Shown: positions 36,453 through 45,736, counted from the stretch's first letter. The stretch is DNA of 64,000 bases from Bacteroidales bacterium (GCA_035390965.1 DAOPKE010000001.1:24656-88655); one strand, 5' to 3'. Made by a program: numbers and translations. Notes: generated by a model from the letters alone, not told the origin.

Positions 36453-37703
36453 ATGGAAATCAGTGTAAAGAACAAAAGGTTACTCGGCATTAACAGTCTG
36501 GGTCGAATTGGGAAACTCACCCTTTGGAATCAGCTTGCCACCAGGAATTTTGACGGTATTGTTGTAAATGTTGGTCGCGAAGTAGGCAAGACCACCGATG
36601 ATTTATTGCAGGTGCTTGAAACTGATACAACCTATGGTCAGTTGGGAAAATTTTTGCATGGTGTTGCCGGAAAACCGCTTGTTTCAAAAGTTGTCGATGA
36701 AGCAAATATGCTTTTTGAAATTGATGGAATGCCTGTGAAAGTTTTACGTAGCGAGCGTAATCCATCAGGTATTCCGTGGCGTGACGAAGGTGTGCAACTT
36801 GTAATTGACTGCACCGGACAATTTCTCGATCCTGTTGTTCCGCCCGATGCACCCAAGGGCAGTTTGCGGGGTCATTTGGTTGGTGGCGCGCGTAAAGTTA
36901 TTGCCAGCGCGCCTTTCAAAATCAAGGACAAATCGGCCCGTATGCCCGAAGATGCACTGATGATGGTGTTTGGGGTTAACCATCTGAATTATAATCCATC
37001 GGTACATCATGTGATATCTGCTGCAAGCTGCACCACAACCGGCCTTTCGCATATGATGAAACCATTGCTCGAGGATGCTGAAACTTCAAAAATTCTTACA
37101 GCTTCCATGTCAACAGTGCATTCTGCGACTAATACCCAGTCGGTGCTCGATGCTGTTCCAAAAGCAGCTGCCAGCGATTTGCGCAAAAGTCGCTCGGTAT
37201 TCAATAACATTATTCTTTCAACGACCGGTGCAGCTAAAGCGCTTGAATCCATTCTGCCGGATATTCAAAAAATTGGCTTTATGGCCGATTCAGTGCGAAT
37301 TCCTACAACAACAGTGTCGTTGATTACACTCAATATTACTTTTAATTCAGGTCTCGATGAAAGCGGAAATCCACTGATTAACCGAAATTACATCAACCGG
37401 ATTTACAAAAATGCAGCAACTGGTGCACAAAAAGATTTGTTGATTTTCAGCGAACGGCAAAACGTGTCGGCCGATATGATGGGTTTTCGCGCTGCAGCTG
37501 TGATAGAAGGATGTGAAACGCATACCAGAACGGGTTTTGTGAATTTGCCCGCTTCTATGTTCGAGGCCTATGGAATGAAAAATGCCAGCGATATCAATAT
37601 GCCCGTAACACATGCAAAAATCTTTGGTTGGTACGACAACGAATTTGGAAGTTATGTAACCATGCTTTCAAAGCTGGCCGCCTTTATTAATTCAAAATTG
37701 TAA
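36453..37703 (+). CDS. Divergent long-form GAPDH-family dehydrogenase (416 aa)
   Basis: LGINSLGRIGK (Rossmann motif), SAASCTTTGLSHMMKPL (Cys), MSTVHSAT (His), STTGAAKA, and WYDNEFGSYV near the C-terminus. Several insertions relative to the ~335-aa enzymes. Confidence 0.75.
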   Translation: MEISVKNKRLLGINSLGRIGKLTLWNQLATRNFDGIVVNVGREVGKTTDDLLQVLETDTTYGQLGKFLHGVAGKPLVSKVVDEANMLFEIDGMPVKVLRSERNPSGIPWRDEGVQLVIDCTGQFLDPVVPPDAPKGSLRGHLVGGARKVIASAPFKIKDKSARMPEDALMMVFGVNHLNYNPSVHHVISAASCTTTGLSHMMKPLLEDAETSKILTASMSTVHSATNTQSVLDAVPKAAASDLRKSRSVFNNIILSTTGAAKALESILPDIQKIGFMADSVRIPTTTVSLITLNITFNSGLDESGNPLINRNYINRIYKNAATGAQKDLLIFSERQNVSADMMGFRAAAVIEGCETHTRTGFVNLPASMFEAYGMKNASDINMPVTHAKIFGWYDNEFGSYVTMLSKLAAFINSKL

Positions 37704-37753
37704 AAGGGTTTTTTAAACTGTAATAATGGTATGACGGAATCAGCATGGTTGCG

Positions 37754-39082
37754 TTATACCATTTTCCCTTTCAGGGTGGCAGCTGTGCAGTCTGTGATAA
37801 TTGTATTTACAAGCGTGCCGGGAAGAATATTTTCCGCATCAAAAACAACGACTTTGTTTTGTCCGGTGCGGCCAAACATATGTTTGTCCGAGCGTTTTGA
37901 AAATCCTTCCACCAGCACTTCAAAGGTCTTTCCAATGTCGCGCTGATTATGGTGTAGCGAAAGCTCCTGTTGCAGATTAATGATTTCGGTGAGTCGTTGC
38001 GATTTGGTTTTTTCCGGAACGTCGTCTGGTATTTTTGCTGCAGATGTTCCTTCGCGACGACTGTATTTGAACATGAATGCATAATAATAATCGGCGGCTT
38101 TCATCATGTTCAGTGTGGCCTGATGGTCTTCATCGGTTTCACCGCAAAATCCTGTTATTATGTCGGTGCTGATAGCAATGCCGGGCATATATTGGCGCAA
38201 AAGTTCAATTTTTTTCAGATAGTCTGCAGCCGTATATTTCCGGTTCATGCGTTGAAGAACGGCATCAGATCCCGATTGTACAGGAAGGTGAATCGATTTG
38301 CAAATGTTATCGTGCTTAGCCATTACTTTTACAAGATTTTCGGACAAATCTTTTGGATGACTTGTTGCAAAGCGCACTCGCATAGAAGGAAATTCCGAGG
38401 CCACTTTATCGAGGAGCTTCGGAAAATGGTATTCTATTGATTTTTCAGTGAAATGATAAGAGTTTACATTTTGACCAAGGAGGGTGATTTCTCTGAATTT
38501 TTTTTCATGCAATAATTCTGTTTCATGAAGAATGGACTGAACCGGCCGGCTTCGTTCGCGGCCGCGTGTATATGGTACGACACAGTAGCTGCAAAAATTG
38601 TTGCAGCCGCGCATAATGGATACAAAGGCAGTGATTTCTCCGGTCTGGTAGTGCTCTGGATCAATATCTTCGTATGTTTCGGTGGTGCTTAAAATCACGT
38701 CCGAGGCCTTTTTATGCGTTTCTGTTTCCCGCAATAAATCAGGAAGTTTTTTATAACTGTCGGGACCTGCCAGCAAATCAATGCCCGGTAGCTTTTCAAA
38801 AATACTTTCAGCCATGCGTTCAGCCATACAGCCAATGATTCCGATTCGTAATCCTGGTTTTTTCTTTTTCAGTGTTTGCAGCTCACGTCCCCGTGCAAGA
38901 ACTTTTGTTTCAGCATTTTCGCGTATGCTGCACGTGTTCACCAGAATCAGATCGGCTTCTGTTGCGTCGTTGCAGATATCATAGCCCTCTTCACCAAGAA
39001 TCGATGCCACTACCTCGCTGTCGGCCACATTCATCTGGCACCCATATGTTTCGATGTATAGTTTTTTGTTTTTTTCTGTCAT
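37754..39082 (-). CDS. miaB: tRNA-2-methylthio-N6-dimethylallyladenosine synthase
   Basis: YIETYGCQMNVADSE, radical-SAM cluster motif (GCNNFCSYCVVPYTRG), C-terminal TRAM domain, 442 aa. Confidence 0.95.
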   Translation of the reverse strand: MTEKNKKLYIETYGCQMNVADSEVVASILGEEGYDICNDATEADLILVNTCSIRENAETKVLARGRELQTLKKKKPGLRIGIIGCMAERMAESIFEKLPGIDLLAGPDSYKKLPDLLRETETHKKASDVILSTTETYEDIDPEHYQTGEITAFVSIMRGCNNFCSYCVVPYTRGRERSRPVQSILHETELLHEKKFREITLLGQNVNSYHFTEKSIEYHFPKLLDKVASEFPSMRVRFATSHPKDLSENLVKVMAKHDNICKSIHLPVQSGSDAVLQRMNRKYTAADYLKKIELLRQYMPGIAISTDIITGFCGETDEDHQATLNMMKAADYYYAFMFKYSRREGTSAAKIPDDVPEKTKSQRLTEIINLQQELSLHHNQRDIGKTFEVLVEGFSKRSDKHMFGRTGQNKVVVFDAENILPGTLVNTIITDCTAATLKGKMV

Positions 39083-39089
39083 TGGAATG

Positions 39090-39097
39090 CAAAGTTA
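39090..39097 (-). promoter_or_regulatory. Bacteroidota -7 box (TAACTTTG) for miaB
   Basis: Matches TAnnTTTG; only a 7-nt spacer to ATG 39082, so the mRNA would be near-leaderless. Confidence 0.3.
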
Positions 39098-39259
39098 CTA
39101 ATCTGAAATATTCCTGATAACTTAATTTCTCCCTGTTGTTTTTATACCTTTAATTGTTATGATGCAATTAATTGATAATCAATTGATAAGTGGATTCGAT
39201 GAAAAATTTTATTGACATATCCCATTTTTATTCATTTAATTTGTGGAAAATTTGAGAGA

Positions 39260-41707
39260 ATGGGGAAGAATTTAGTTATCGTTGAGTCACCGGCAAAAGC
39301 CAAAACCATTGAGAAATTTCTGGGCAAGGATTATCAGGTATTATCGAGCTATGGTCATGTGCGTGATCTGCAGAAAGAAGACCTGAGTATTGATGTGAAT
39401 AATGGATTTAAACCATTGTACATCATTTTGCCGGATAAGCAGAAAATCATCAGTGAGTTGAAAAAACTGAGCAAACAGGCCGAAACCACATGGCTTGCAA
39501 CTGATGAAGACCGTGAAGGAGAAGCCATAGCATGGCATCTTGCCGAAGCGTTGAATCTGGATGTTAAAAAGACCAAGCGCATCGTTTTTCACGAAATCAC
39601 AAAAACGGCTATTCTTGAGGCCATTGAAAATCCCAGAAATCTCGATCTTAATCTTGTCGATGCTCAGCAGGCACGGCGCGTGCTTGACCGTCTGGTGGGT
39701 TACAGACTTTCGCCACTGCTTTGGAAAAAAGTAAAACCAGCTTTGTCGGCAGGCCGGGTTCAGTCGGTTGCTGTCCGGCTGATTGTTGAACGTGAAGATG
39801 AAATCAATCAGTTTACGAGTACATCGGAATTTCGTGTCAATGGTGTTTTTGAAGCAGGTAAGGATTCAGTAAATGCTGAGTTGAATGAGCGTTTTGAAAA
39901 TGAGCGCGATTCGATGATGTTTCTCGATAAAATCAAGGACAGTATTTTTTCTATAGGAAAAATTGAAGTGAAGCCGGGTACACGAAATCCGGCCCCGCCT
40001 TTTACCACTTCTACGCTGCAGCAGGAAGCTGCCAGGAAACTGGGATTTTCGGTTTCGCAAACCATGACCATAGCACAGCAATTGTATGAGGCGGGGTTAA
40101 TTACTTATATGCGTACCGATAGTGTAAATCTTTCGAAGCTTGCAATCGGTAGCATTAAAAACGAGATAGAGAAATCCTTTGGTAAAGAGTATTCCAAGCC
40201 ACGACAGTTTGCAACAAAAAGCAAAGGTGCGCAGGAAGCTCACGAAGCCATTCGCCCGACCTATGCCGAAAACAGGGAGATAGAAGGTCCTGCAGCTCAA
40301 AAGAAATTATATGATCTGATCTGGAAACGTACAGTGGCTTCGCAGATGGGGGAAGCAAAAATTGAACGTACCTCTGTTCAGATTGATATTTCAGGTGTGC
40401 CGCAATATTTTGTTGCTCGGGGTGAGGTGATTGTTTTTGATGGGTTTTTAAAGGTTTATGAGGAATCGCGCGATGACGATGCATCGGATGATGATAAAGG
40501 TCAATTGCCAAAACTTGCCGAAGGGCAGAAACTTTCACAGCAGAAAATTATTGCTGAACAACGTTTTTCGCAGCAACCACCCAGATACAGCGAAGCATCG
40601 CTTGTGAAAAAACTCGAAGATCTTGGAATTGGTCGCCCAAGTACTTATGCTCCGACTATTTCTACTATTCAGCGCAGAGAATATGTGATCAAAGAAAGCC
40701 GGCAGCCGGTTGAAAGAAAATATATCTCTCTTCTCTTGGCAAAGGGTGCTATCAAAAGAACGGTTGAAACCGAAAAGTTTGGAAGTGAAAAAAATAAATT
40801 GTTCCCAACCGATCTTGGGATCATTGTTACAAAATTTTTGGTGGAACATTTCGAAAATATTGTTGATTATAATTTCACAGCTACCATTGAAAAGGATTTT
40901 GACGAAATTGCCGATGGAAAGAAAAAGTGGAATGCTTTGATTGCCAATTTTTACAAGGATTTTGATCCACAGGTAATCAATATTGACAAAACAACCGGCA
41001 AATACCATGGCGAACGTTTGTTGGGTATCGATCCGGAATCAAAGAAAAATGTGTATGTAAAACTTGGCCCATTTGGCCCCATGGCTCAGATTGGTGAATC
41101 AACCGATGAGGAAAAACCGCGCTTTGCCGGCTTGCTTCGTGGTCAGACCATCGATGGGGTAACGCTCGAAGAAGCTCTTTTGCTTTTCAGATTCCCCAAA
41201 ATAGTTGGTGAACACGAAGGCAAAGAGGTTGTTGTTTCTGTTGGACGCTTTGGACCTTATGTCCGTTTCGACGGTAAGTTCTATTCTATTCCGCGCGATA
41301 TCAATCCGACTCAGGTTAATCTGGCCTCTGCTCTCGAAATCATTGCCAACAAGCAGGAGAAAGACAGAAACAGTGTGCTCAAAATCTTTAAAGAAGAGCC
41401 GGAATTGCAAATTGTCAAAGGTCGCTTTGGCCCATATATCAAATTTAAAGGAAAAAACTATCCTTTGGGCAAAGGTCGCAAATATGATGCATTGACTGTG
41501 ACCGAAATCCTTGAAATTGTTAAGGAGCATCCTGAAAAACCCAGCCGGAAGCAGAAAACGGTTAAAGCTGCCAAAACAAAGAAAACGGCTGCCACAGAAA
41601 AGGCAGAACCCAAAAAGAAAGCGACAGCTAAAACCACAAAAGCAAAAACAGCAACAAAAAAAACCACTGCGAAAAAAACATCTGTTTCAAAATCTAAAAA
41701 GAAATAG
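39260..41707 (+). CDS. topA: DNA topoisomerase I
   Basis: Toprim (LVIVESPAKAKTIEKFLG, ATDEDREGEAIAWH), active-site region (ITYMRTDS), Cys-less C-terminal GxxGPY repeats, Lys-rich tail. I moved the start to ATG 39260; the track start at 39212 is TTG. Confidence 0.95.
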   Translation: MGKNLVIVESPAKAKTIEKFLGKDYQVLSSYGHVRDLQKEDLSIDVNNGFKPLYIILPDKQKIISELKKLSKQAETTWLATDEDREGEAIAWHLAEALNLDVKKTKRIVFHEITKTAILEAIENPRNLDLNLVDAQQARRVLDRLVGYRLSPLLWKKVKPALSAGRVQSVAVRLIVEREDEINQFTSTSEFRVNGVFEAGKDSVNAELNERFENERDSMMFLDKIKDSIFSIGKIEVKPGTRNPAPPFTTSTLQQEAARKLGFSVSQTMTIAQQLYEAGLITYMRTDSVNLSKLAIGSIKNEIEKSFGKEYSKPRQFATKSKGAQEAHEAIRPTYAENREIEGPAAQKKLYDLIWKRTVASQMGEAKIERTSVQIDISGVPQYFVARGEVIVFDGFLKVYEESRDDDASDDDKGQLPKLAEGQKLSQQKIIAEQRFSQQPPRYSEASLVKKLEDLGIGRPSTYAPTISTIQRREYVIKESRQPVERKYISLLLAKGAIKRTVETEKFGSEKNKLFPTDLGIIVTKFLVEHFENIVDYNFTATIEKDFDEIADGKKKWNALIANFYKDFDPQVINIDKTTGKYHGERLLGIDPESKKNVYVKLGPFGPMAQIGESTDEEKPRFAGLLRGQTIDGVTLEEALLLFRFPKIVGEHEGKEVVVSVGRFGPYVRFDGKFYSIPRDINPTQVNLASALEIIANKQEKDRNSVLKIFKEEPELQIVKGRFGPYIKFKGKNYPLGKGRKYDALTVTEILEIVKEHPEKPSRKQKTVKAAKTKKTAATEKAEPKKKATAKTTKAKTATKKTTAKKTSVSKSKKK

Positions 41708-41710
41708 TCC

Positions 41711-42880
41711 ATGAACGAGCTGCAGTTGTATTTTGATAAGGTTGACACTGCGCTGTTTCCCGAAAATTTCATGCCGGGGCAGATTGGTGCAGCGGTCTCG
41801 TTTAATACGGGTGATAATTTCCCGGATACTGAAAATATTCAGATTGCCTTATTGGGTGTTCCTGAAAACCGCAATTCGCAAAGTTCCCGCGATGCTTCTT
41901 TTGCCGCTGATGCCATCAGACCTTATTTTTATACACTTCAGAGTCATTTTCCCAATGTTGCTATTGCCGATCTTGGCAATCTGAAAACCGGCATGTCGGT
42001 CGATGATACCTATGCTGCTGTTGCTGAAGTAGTGAATATCTTGTTAAAAGATAATATTTTCCCGTTTATTCTTGGTGGAAGTCAGGATCTTACCTATGCC
42101 AATTATCTTTCATATGAAAAAAGAGGACGGATTATCAATATTCTGTCTGTCGATTCGCGTTTTGATATTGGCAAGTCCGATGAGACCTTCCATAATGAAT
42201 CATGGCTAAATAAAATCATTTTCAGAGATCCGAATTTCCTTTTTAATTATTCCAATCTGGGTTATCAGACCTATTTAGTTGAACAAGAGGCAATTGCTTT
42301 GATGAAAAAGCTTTTTTTTGATAGCACCCGTCTTGGTCAGGCAAAGGCCGATATGACTGAAACTGAGCCATTGATAAGAAATGCCGATCTGCTTTCGTTT
42401 GATATGTCGGCTATTCGGATGAGTGATTGTCCGGCTGCTTCATTTCCATCGCCCAATGGTTTCAATGGCGAAGATGCCTGTCAGATTATGCGCTATGCCG
42501 GGTTGAGTGAAAAGCTTTCTTCGGCCGGCATTTTCGAATTATGTCCCGCCAATGATCGCGACGGCATGTCGGCGCATTTGGCTGCTCAAATGTTGTGGTA
42601 TTTTCTCGATGGCTTTGCTGGCCGTAAAGGCGATGACCCGCATATGAACAAATCGGCACTGATGAAATACATTGTTTCGATGCATGAAACACAATCCGAT
42701 ATTTCATTCTATCGAAGCCCGCTCAGCGACCGCTGGTGGATGGAGGTGCCATGTCCCAACAATCTTTTTTCAAAATTCGAAAGACATTATATGGTGCCGT
42801 GTAGTTACAGAGATTATGAAGAAGCCATGCAGGAAAATCTGCCCGACCGATGGTGGCAGACTTTCCAGAAATTTATGTAG
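41711..42880 (+). CDS. Arginase/formimidoylglutamase-fold protein with degenerate metal-ligand motifs
   Basis: Ureohydrolase-like blocks are recognisable but altered: ILGGSQD (vs GGDHS), VDSRFD (vs DAHxD), SFDMSAI (vs SxDxD). Starts 3 nt after the topA stop. Confidence 0.65.
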   Translation: MNELQLYFDKVDTALFPENFMPGQIGAAVSFNTGDNFPDTENIQIALLGVPENRNSQSSRDASFAADAIRPYFYTLQSHFPNVAIADLGNLKTGMSVDDTYAAVAEVVNILLKDNIFPFILGGSQDLTYANYLSYEKRGRIINILSVDSRFDIGKSDETFHNESWLNKIIFRDPNFLFNYSNLGYQTYLVEQEAIALMKKLFFDSTRLGQAKADMTETEPLIRNADLLSFDMSAIRMSDCPAASFPSPNGFNGEDACQIMRYAGLSEKLSSAGIFELCPANDRDGMSAHLAAQMLWYFLDGFAGRKGDDPHMNKSALMKYIVSMHETQSDISFYRSPLSDRWWMEVPCPNNLFSKFERHYMVPCSYRDYEEAMQENLPDRWWQTFQKFM

Positions 42881-43261
42881 AAATGGACTGGTGTGTTAAA
42901 TTTTACTTCAGCTTTTTTGCAATCTGAAAAATTTGGCATAAGCTATCGGATATGGCTCTATTAAACACTTTCATGAGTGCCAATGCTTGTAATTCCTTTT
43001 CTCAGGCATTTCCCCGAATCGTTGATCTCTCATGCTGATTTAATGCATGTTTGATTGCATATTCCGAAGAAAATGAAAAATTTATTTCTTAAATGAAACC
43101 AAAAAAAAATTCAACAGTATAAAATATCCGTGAATCTTTTGGAGTTATTTTCAAGAAAGAACGAAAACTTTTCAAAAAATATGAACATTTTGTTGGCAAT
43201 ATCAGAAAATCTTCGTTACTTTATGCACTTTTTTAAGGAGAGTCAATCTAAAATTTTGATT

Positions 43262-44263
43262 ATGAGGAAAAATGTACTTTTCCTGTTTTTGGTAATTTTG
43301 GCTTCTGGTGCGGTAAACGCGCAGCAGGATGCTCAATTTACTCAGAACATGTTTAATCACATGGCCATCAATCCTGGCTATGCCGGCAGCCATGATGCTA
43401 TTTGTGCTACAGCTCTTTTCCGTCAGCAATGGATGGGATTTACTGAAACAGTGCACGATAACACAAACAAAGTGGCTCCACAAACCATGTTATTCTCCAT
43501 TCACAGCAATGTTGATGCGATCCGCGGTGGACTGGGTCTGGTGGTTTACAAGGATAAACTTGGTTATGAAGACAATATTGGTGTGAAATTCGGCTATGCC
43601 TATCGTATGCCTTTGCAGGGTGGTACATTGGGAATTGGCCTTATGGCTGGTTTCCTGAATAAGAAAATGGATTTTTCCCAATTCAATCCTCAGACTGCCG
43701 GCGATCCGCTGCTTGCAAGTCAGGCAGTAGAGAGCGATATGGTATTTGACCTTTCTTTCGGAGCTTATTACAACAAACCTGGTGTTTTTTATGCCGGCTT
43801 ATCATCCAGTCAGCTTATGCAGAGTCAGACTGATCTTGCCTCGACGGTTACAACACTGGGTAGCCCGCAGCTTAAACGACATTATTATCTTATTGGCGGT
43901 TATCAATATCAGATTCCAAGCAATCCTCAGTTTGAACTCAGACCTTCCTTGCTCATAAAATCTGACTTTGCAAGTACCCAATTCGATATTAATGCTCTGA
44001 TGTATTATAACAGTCAGTTCTGGGGCGGTCTGAGCTATCGTACCCAGGATGCCATCGCCATTTTGCTTGGAGCGCAGCCATTTATCAATTCCGGAAACAG
44101 AAGTCTTGAAACACTCGGAATTGGTTATAGCTACGATGTTACCACTTCTGCCATGGGCGGAGGAGGTCGGAGCAGCGGTAGTCATGAGATTCTGCTGAAC
44201 TATTGTTTTAAAATCGTCATAACAATTCCGCCAGACAGCTACAGAAATGTGCGTTTCCTCTAA
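43262..44263 (+). CDS. porP: T9SS membrane protein PorP/SprF family
   Basis: Signal peptide, then QQDAQFTQNMFNHMAINPGYAG (the PorP/SprF N-terminal signature) and beta-barrel-like alternation. I moved the start to ATG 43262. It lies immediately upstream of gldK. Confidence 0.85.
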   Translation: MRKNVLFLFLVILASGAVNAQQDAQFTQNMFNHMAINPGYAGSHDAICATALFRQQWMGFTETVHDNTNKVAPQTMLFSIHSNVDAIRGGLGLVVYKDKLGYEDNIGVKFGYAYRMPLQGGTLGIGLMAGFLNKKMDFSQFNPQTAGDPLLASQAVESDMVFDLSFGAYYNKPGVFYAGLSSSQLMQSQTDLASTVTTLGSPQLKRHYYLIGGYQYQIPSNPQFELRPSLLIKSDFASTQFDINALMYYNSQFWGGLSYRTQDAIAILLGAQPFINSGNRSLETLGIGYSYDVTTSAMGGGGRSSGSHEILLNYCFKIVITIPPDSYRNVRFL

Positions 44264-44322
44264 AAAAATCAGTTTGTGAAACTTCGTCGATAAAAACTGC
44301 GTTAAAAAGAGATAGGTTTTAT

Positions 44323-44330
44323 TAAATTTG
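44323..44330 (+). promoter_or_regulatory. Possible internal -7 box (TAAATTTG) in front of gldK
   Basis: Matches TAnnTTTG; 5 nt from ATG 44336 and 29 nt from the alternative ATG 44360. Confidence 0.25.
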
Positions 44331-44335
44331 CACCC

Positions 44336-45736
44336 ATGAAGTCCAACCTCCAATCAAATATGAAGTACCTGACAGCTTTAGTGTTGCTTGTTCTGGTCAT
44401 CACCAGCTGCGACACATCTGATCGTGGCAACCTGGTCGGTGTCCAGGATCGCGAACCCTGGTATCAACCCGATCCTTACGGGATGCTGTTCATTCCCATG
44501 GGCAGTTATGTGATGGGTCAGAACGACCAGGATGTACCGTATAGTCAACTGCAGACTGCTAAAACAGTGTCTGTTCAGTCGTTTTATATGGACGAAACAG
44601 AAATTACCAACAACGAGTATCGCCAGTTTGTGTATTGGGTGCGTGACTCAATTGCCCGTCAGTTACTTGGCGAGCAGTTTGAGGATTACCTGATTATGAC
44701 CGATGAATACGGTCAGGATTTGGAACCGCCTTATCTCAATTGGAAAACCAGACTGAGGTATGACGATGATGATGAAACCGTTCGTGAAATTCTTTCGCAG
44801 ATGTATATGCCGGAACACGAGCAATTTTATCGTCGTAAGGAATTTGATGCACGTAAGCTGAATTTCCAATATTATTGGATTGATTTTAAAGCTGCTGCAC
44901 GGAAGGACTTCCGTAATCCACTCACGGACGCTCAGGTGAAGTATGAAGAAGACGCTGCATCACTGCGCAACAGACCTCAGGGTTACAACGACCGTTCTGT
45001 GTTTATTAAAAGTGATATTATTAATGTATATCCCGATACTTTGTGCTGGGTGATGGATTTTACGTATTCATTCAACGAACCAATGACTCAGAATTATTTC
45101 TGGCATCCGGCATACGATCATTATCCTGTAGTCGGTGTAAACTGGAAGCAGGCCCGTGCTTTCTCGATCTGGAGAACCCAGTATCTGCACAATTACCTGA
45201 GAAGTATTGGTCAGGCCATAGTCAATGACTTCAGATTACCGACCGAAAGTGAATGGGAATGGGCTGCCCGTGGAGGTCTTGAACTGAGTCCTTATCCCTG
45301 GGGAGGTCCGTATATCCGCAACTCCAATGGTTGTTTCCTTGGTAATTACAAACCATTGCGCGGAAATTATCCGGATGATGGTGGATTCCATACATTGATT
45401 GTAGGTCACTATGCTCCAAACGATTTTGGTTTGTATGACATGGCTGGCAACGTGGCTGAATGGTCAAGCAATGCTTTTGATGAATCAGCTTATCAGTTTG
45501 CACACGATCTTAATATGGATTATTCATACGAAGCGAAAGATACTGATCCTGAAGTTCTTAAAAGAAAAGTTATTCGCGGCGGCTCATGGAAAGACATTGG
45601 TTTCTTCATGCAGGTCAGTTCGCGTTGGTATGAATTCCAGGATACCGGAAAATCATATATCGGATTTAGAAACGTTCAGACATACCTGGGCCGCATGAAG
45701 GGTGATGGTCCTAACTCATCTAACGTTTACAGATAA
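44336..45736 (+). CDS. gldK: T9SS/gliding lipoprotein GldK (PorK), SUMF1/FGE-like fold
   Basis: Lipobox (LVITSCDT), then NWKQARAFSIWRT, ESEWEWAARGG, GLYDMAGNVAEW, RGGSW. An alternative start at ATG 44360 gives a cleaner signal peptide. Confidence 0.9.
   Translation: MKSNLQSNMKYLTALVLLVLVITSCDTSDRGNLVGVQDREPWYQPDPYGMLFIPMGSYVMGQNDQDVPYSQLQTAKTVSVQSFYMDETEITNNEYRQFVYWVRDSIARQLLGEQFEDYLIMTDEYGQDLEPPYLNWKTRLRYDDDDETVREILSQMYMPEHEQFYRRKEFDARKLNFQYYWIDFKAAARKDFRNPLTDAQVKYEEDAASLRNRPQGYNDRSVFIKSDIINVYPDTLCWVMDFTYSFNEPMTQNYFWHPAYDHYPVVGVNWKQARAFSIWRTQYLHNYLRSIGQAIVNDFRLPTESEWEWAARGGLELSPYPWGGPYIRNSNGCFLGNYKPLRGNYPDDGGFHTLIVGHYAPNDFGLYDMAGNVAEWSSNAFDESAYQFAHDLNMDYSYEAKDTDPEVLKRKVIRGGSWKDIGFFMQVSSRWYEFQDTGKSYIGFRNVQTYLGRMKGDGPNSSNVYR

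Noticed and set aside
36453-37703. Possibility that the 416-aa dehydrogenase is Asd or ArgC rather than a GAPDH-family enzyme
   Set aside because: SCTTT plus TVHS.T plus the C-terminal WYDNEFG are GAPDH-family hallmarks. Asd and ArgC have different active-site contexts.
39155-39185. 10-bp palindrome ATCAATTGAT and tandem AATTGATAA words upstream of topA
   Set aside because: Short, AT-rich and single-copy. There is not enough evidence to call it a regulatory site.
40535-41008. 157-aa ORF antisense to topA (and similar ones at 41099-41530 and 41458-41772)
   Set aside because: They lie inside an unambiguous topA reading frame. The sequences are low complexity and F/N/K-rich.
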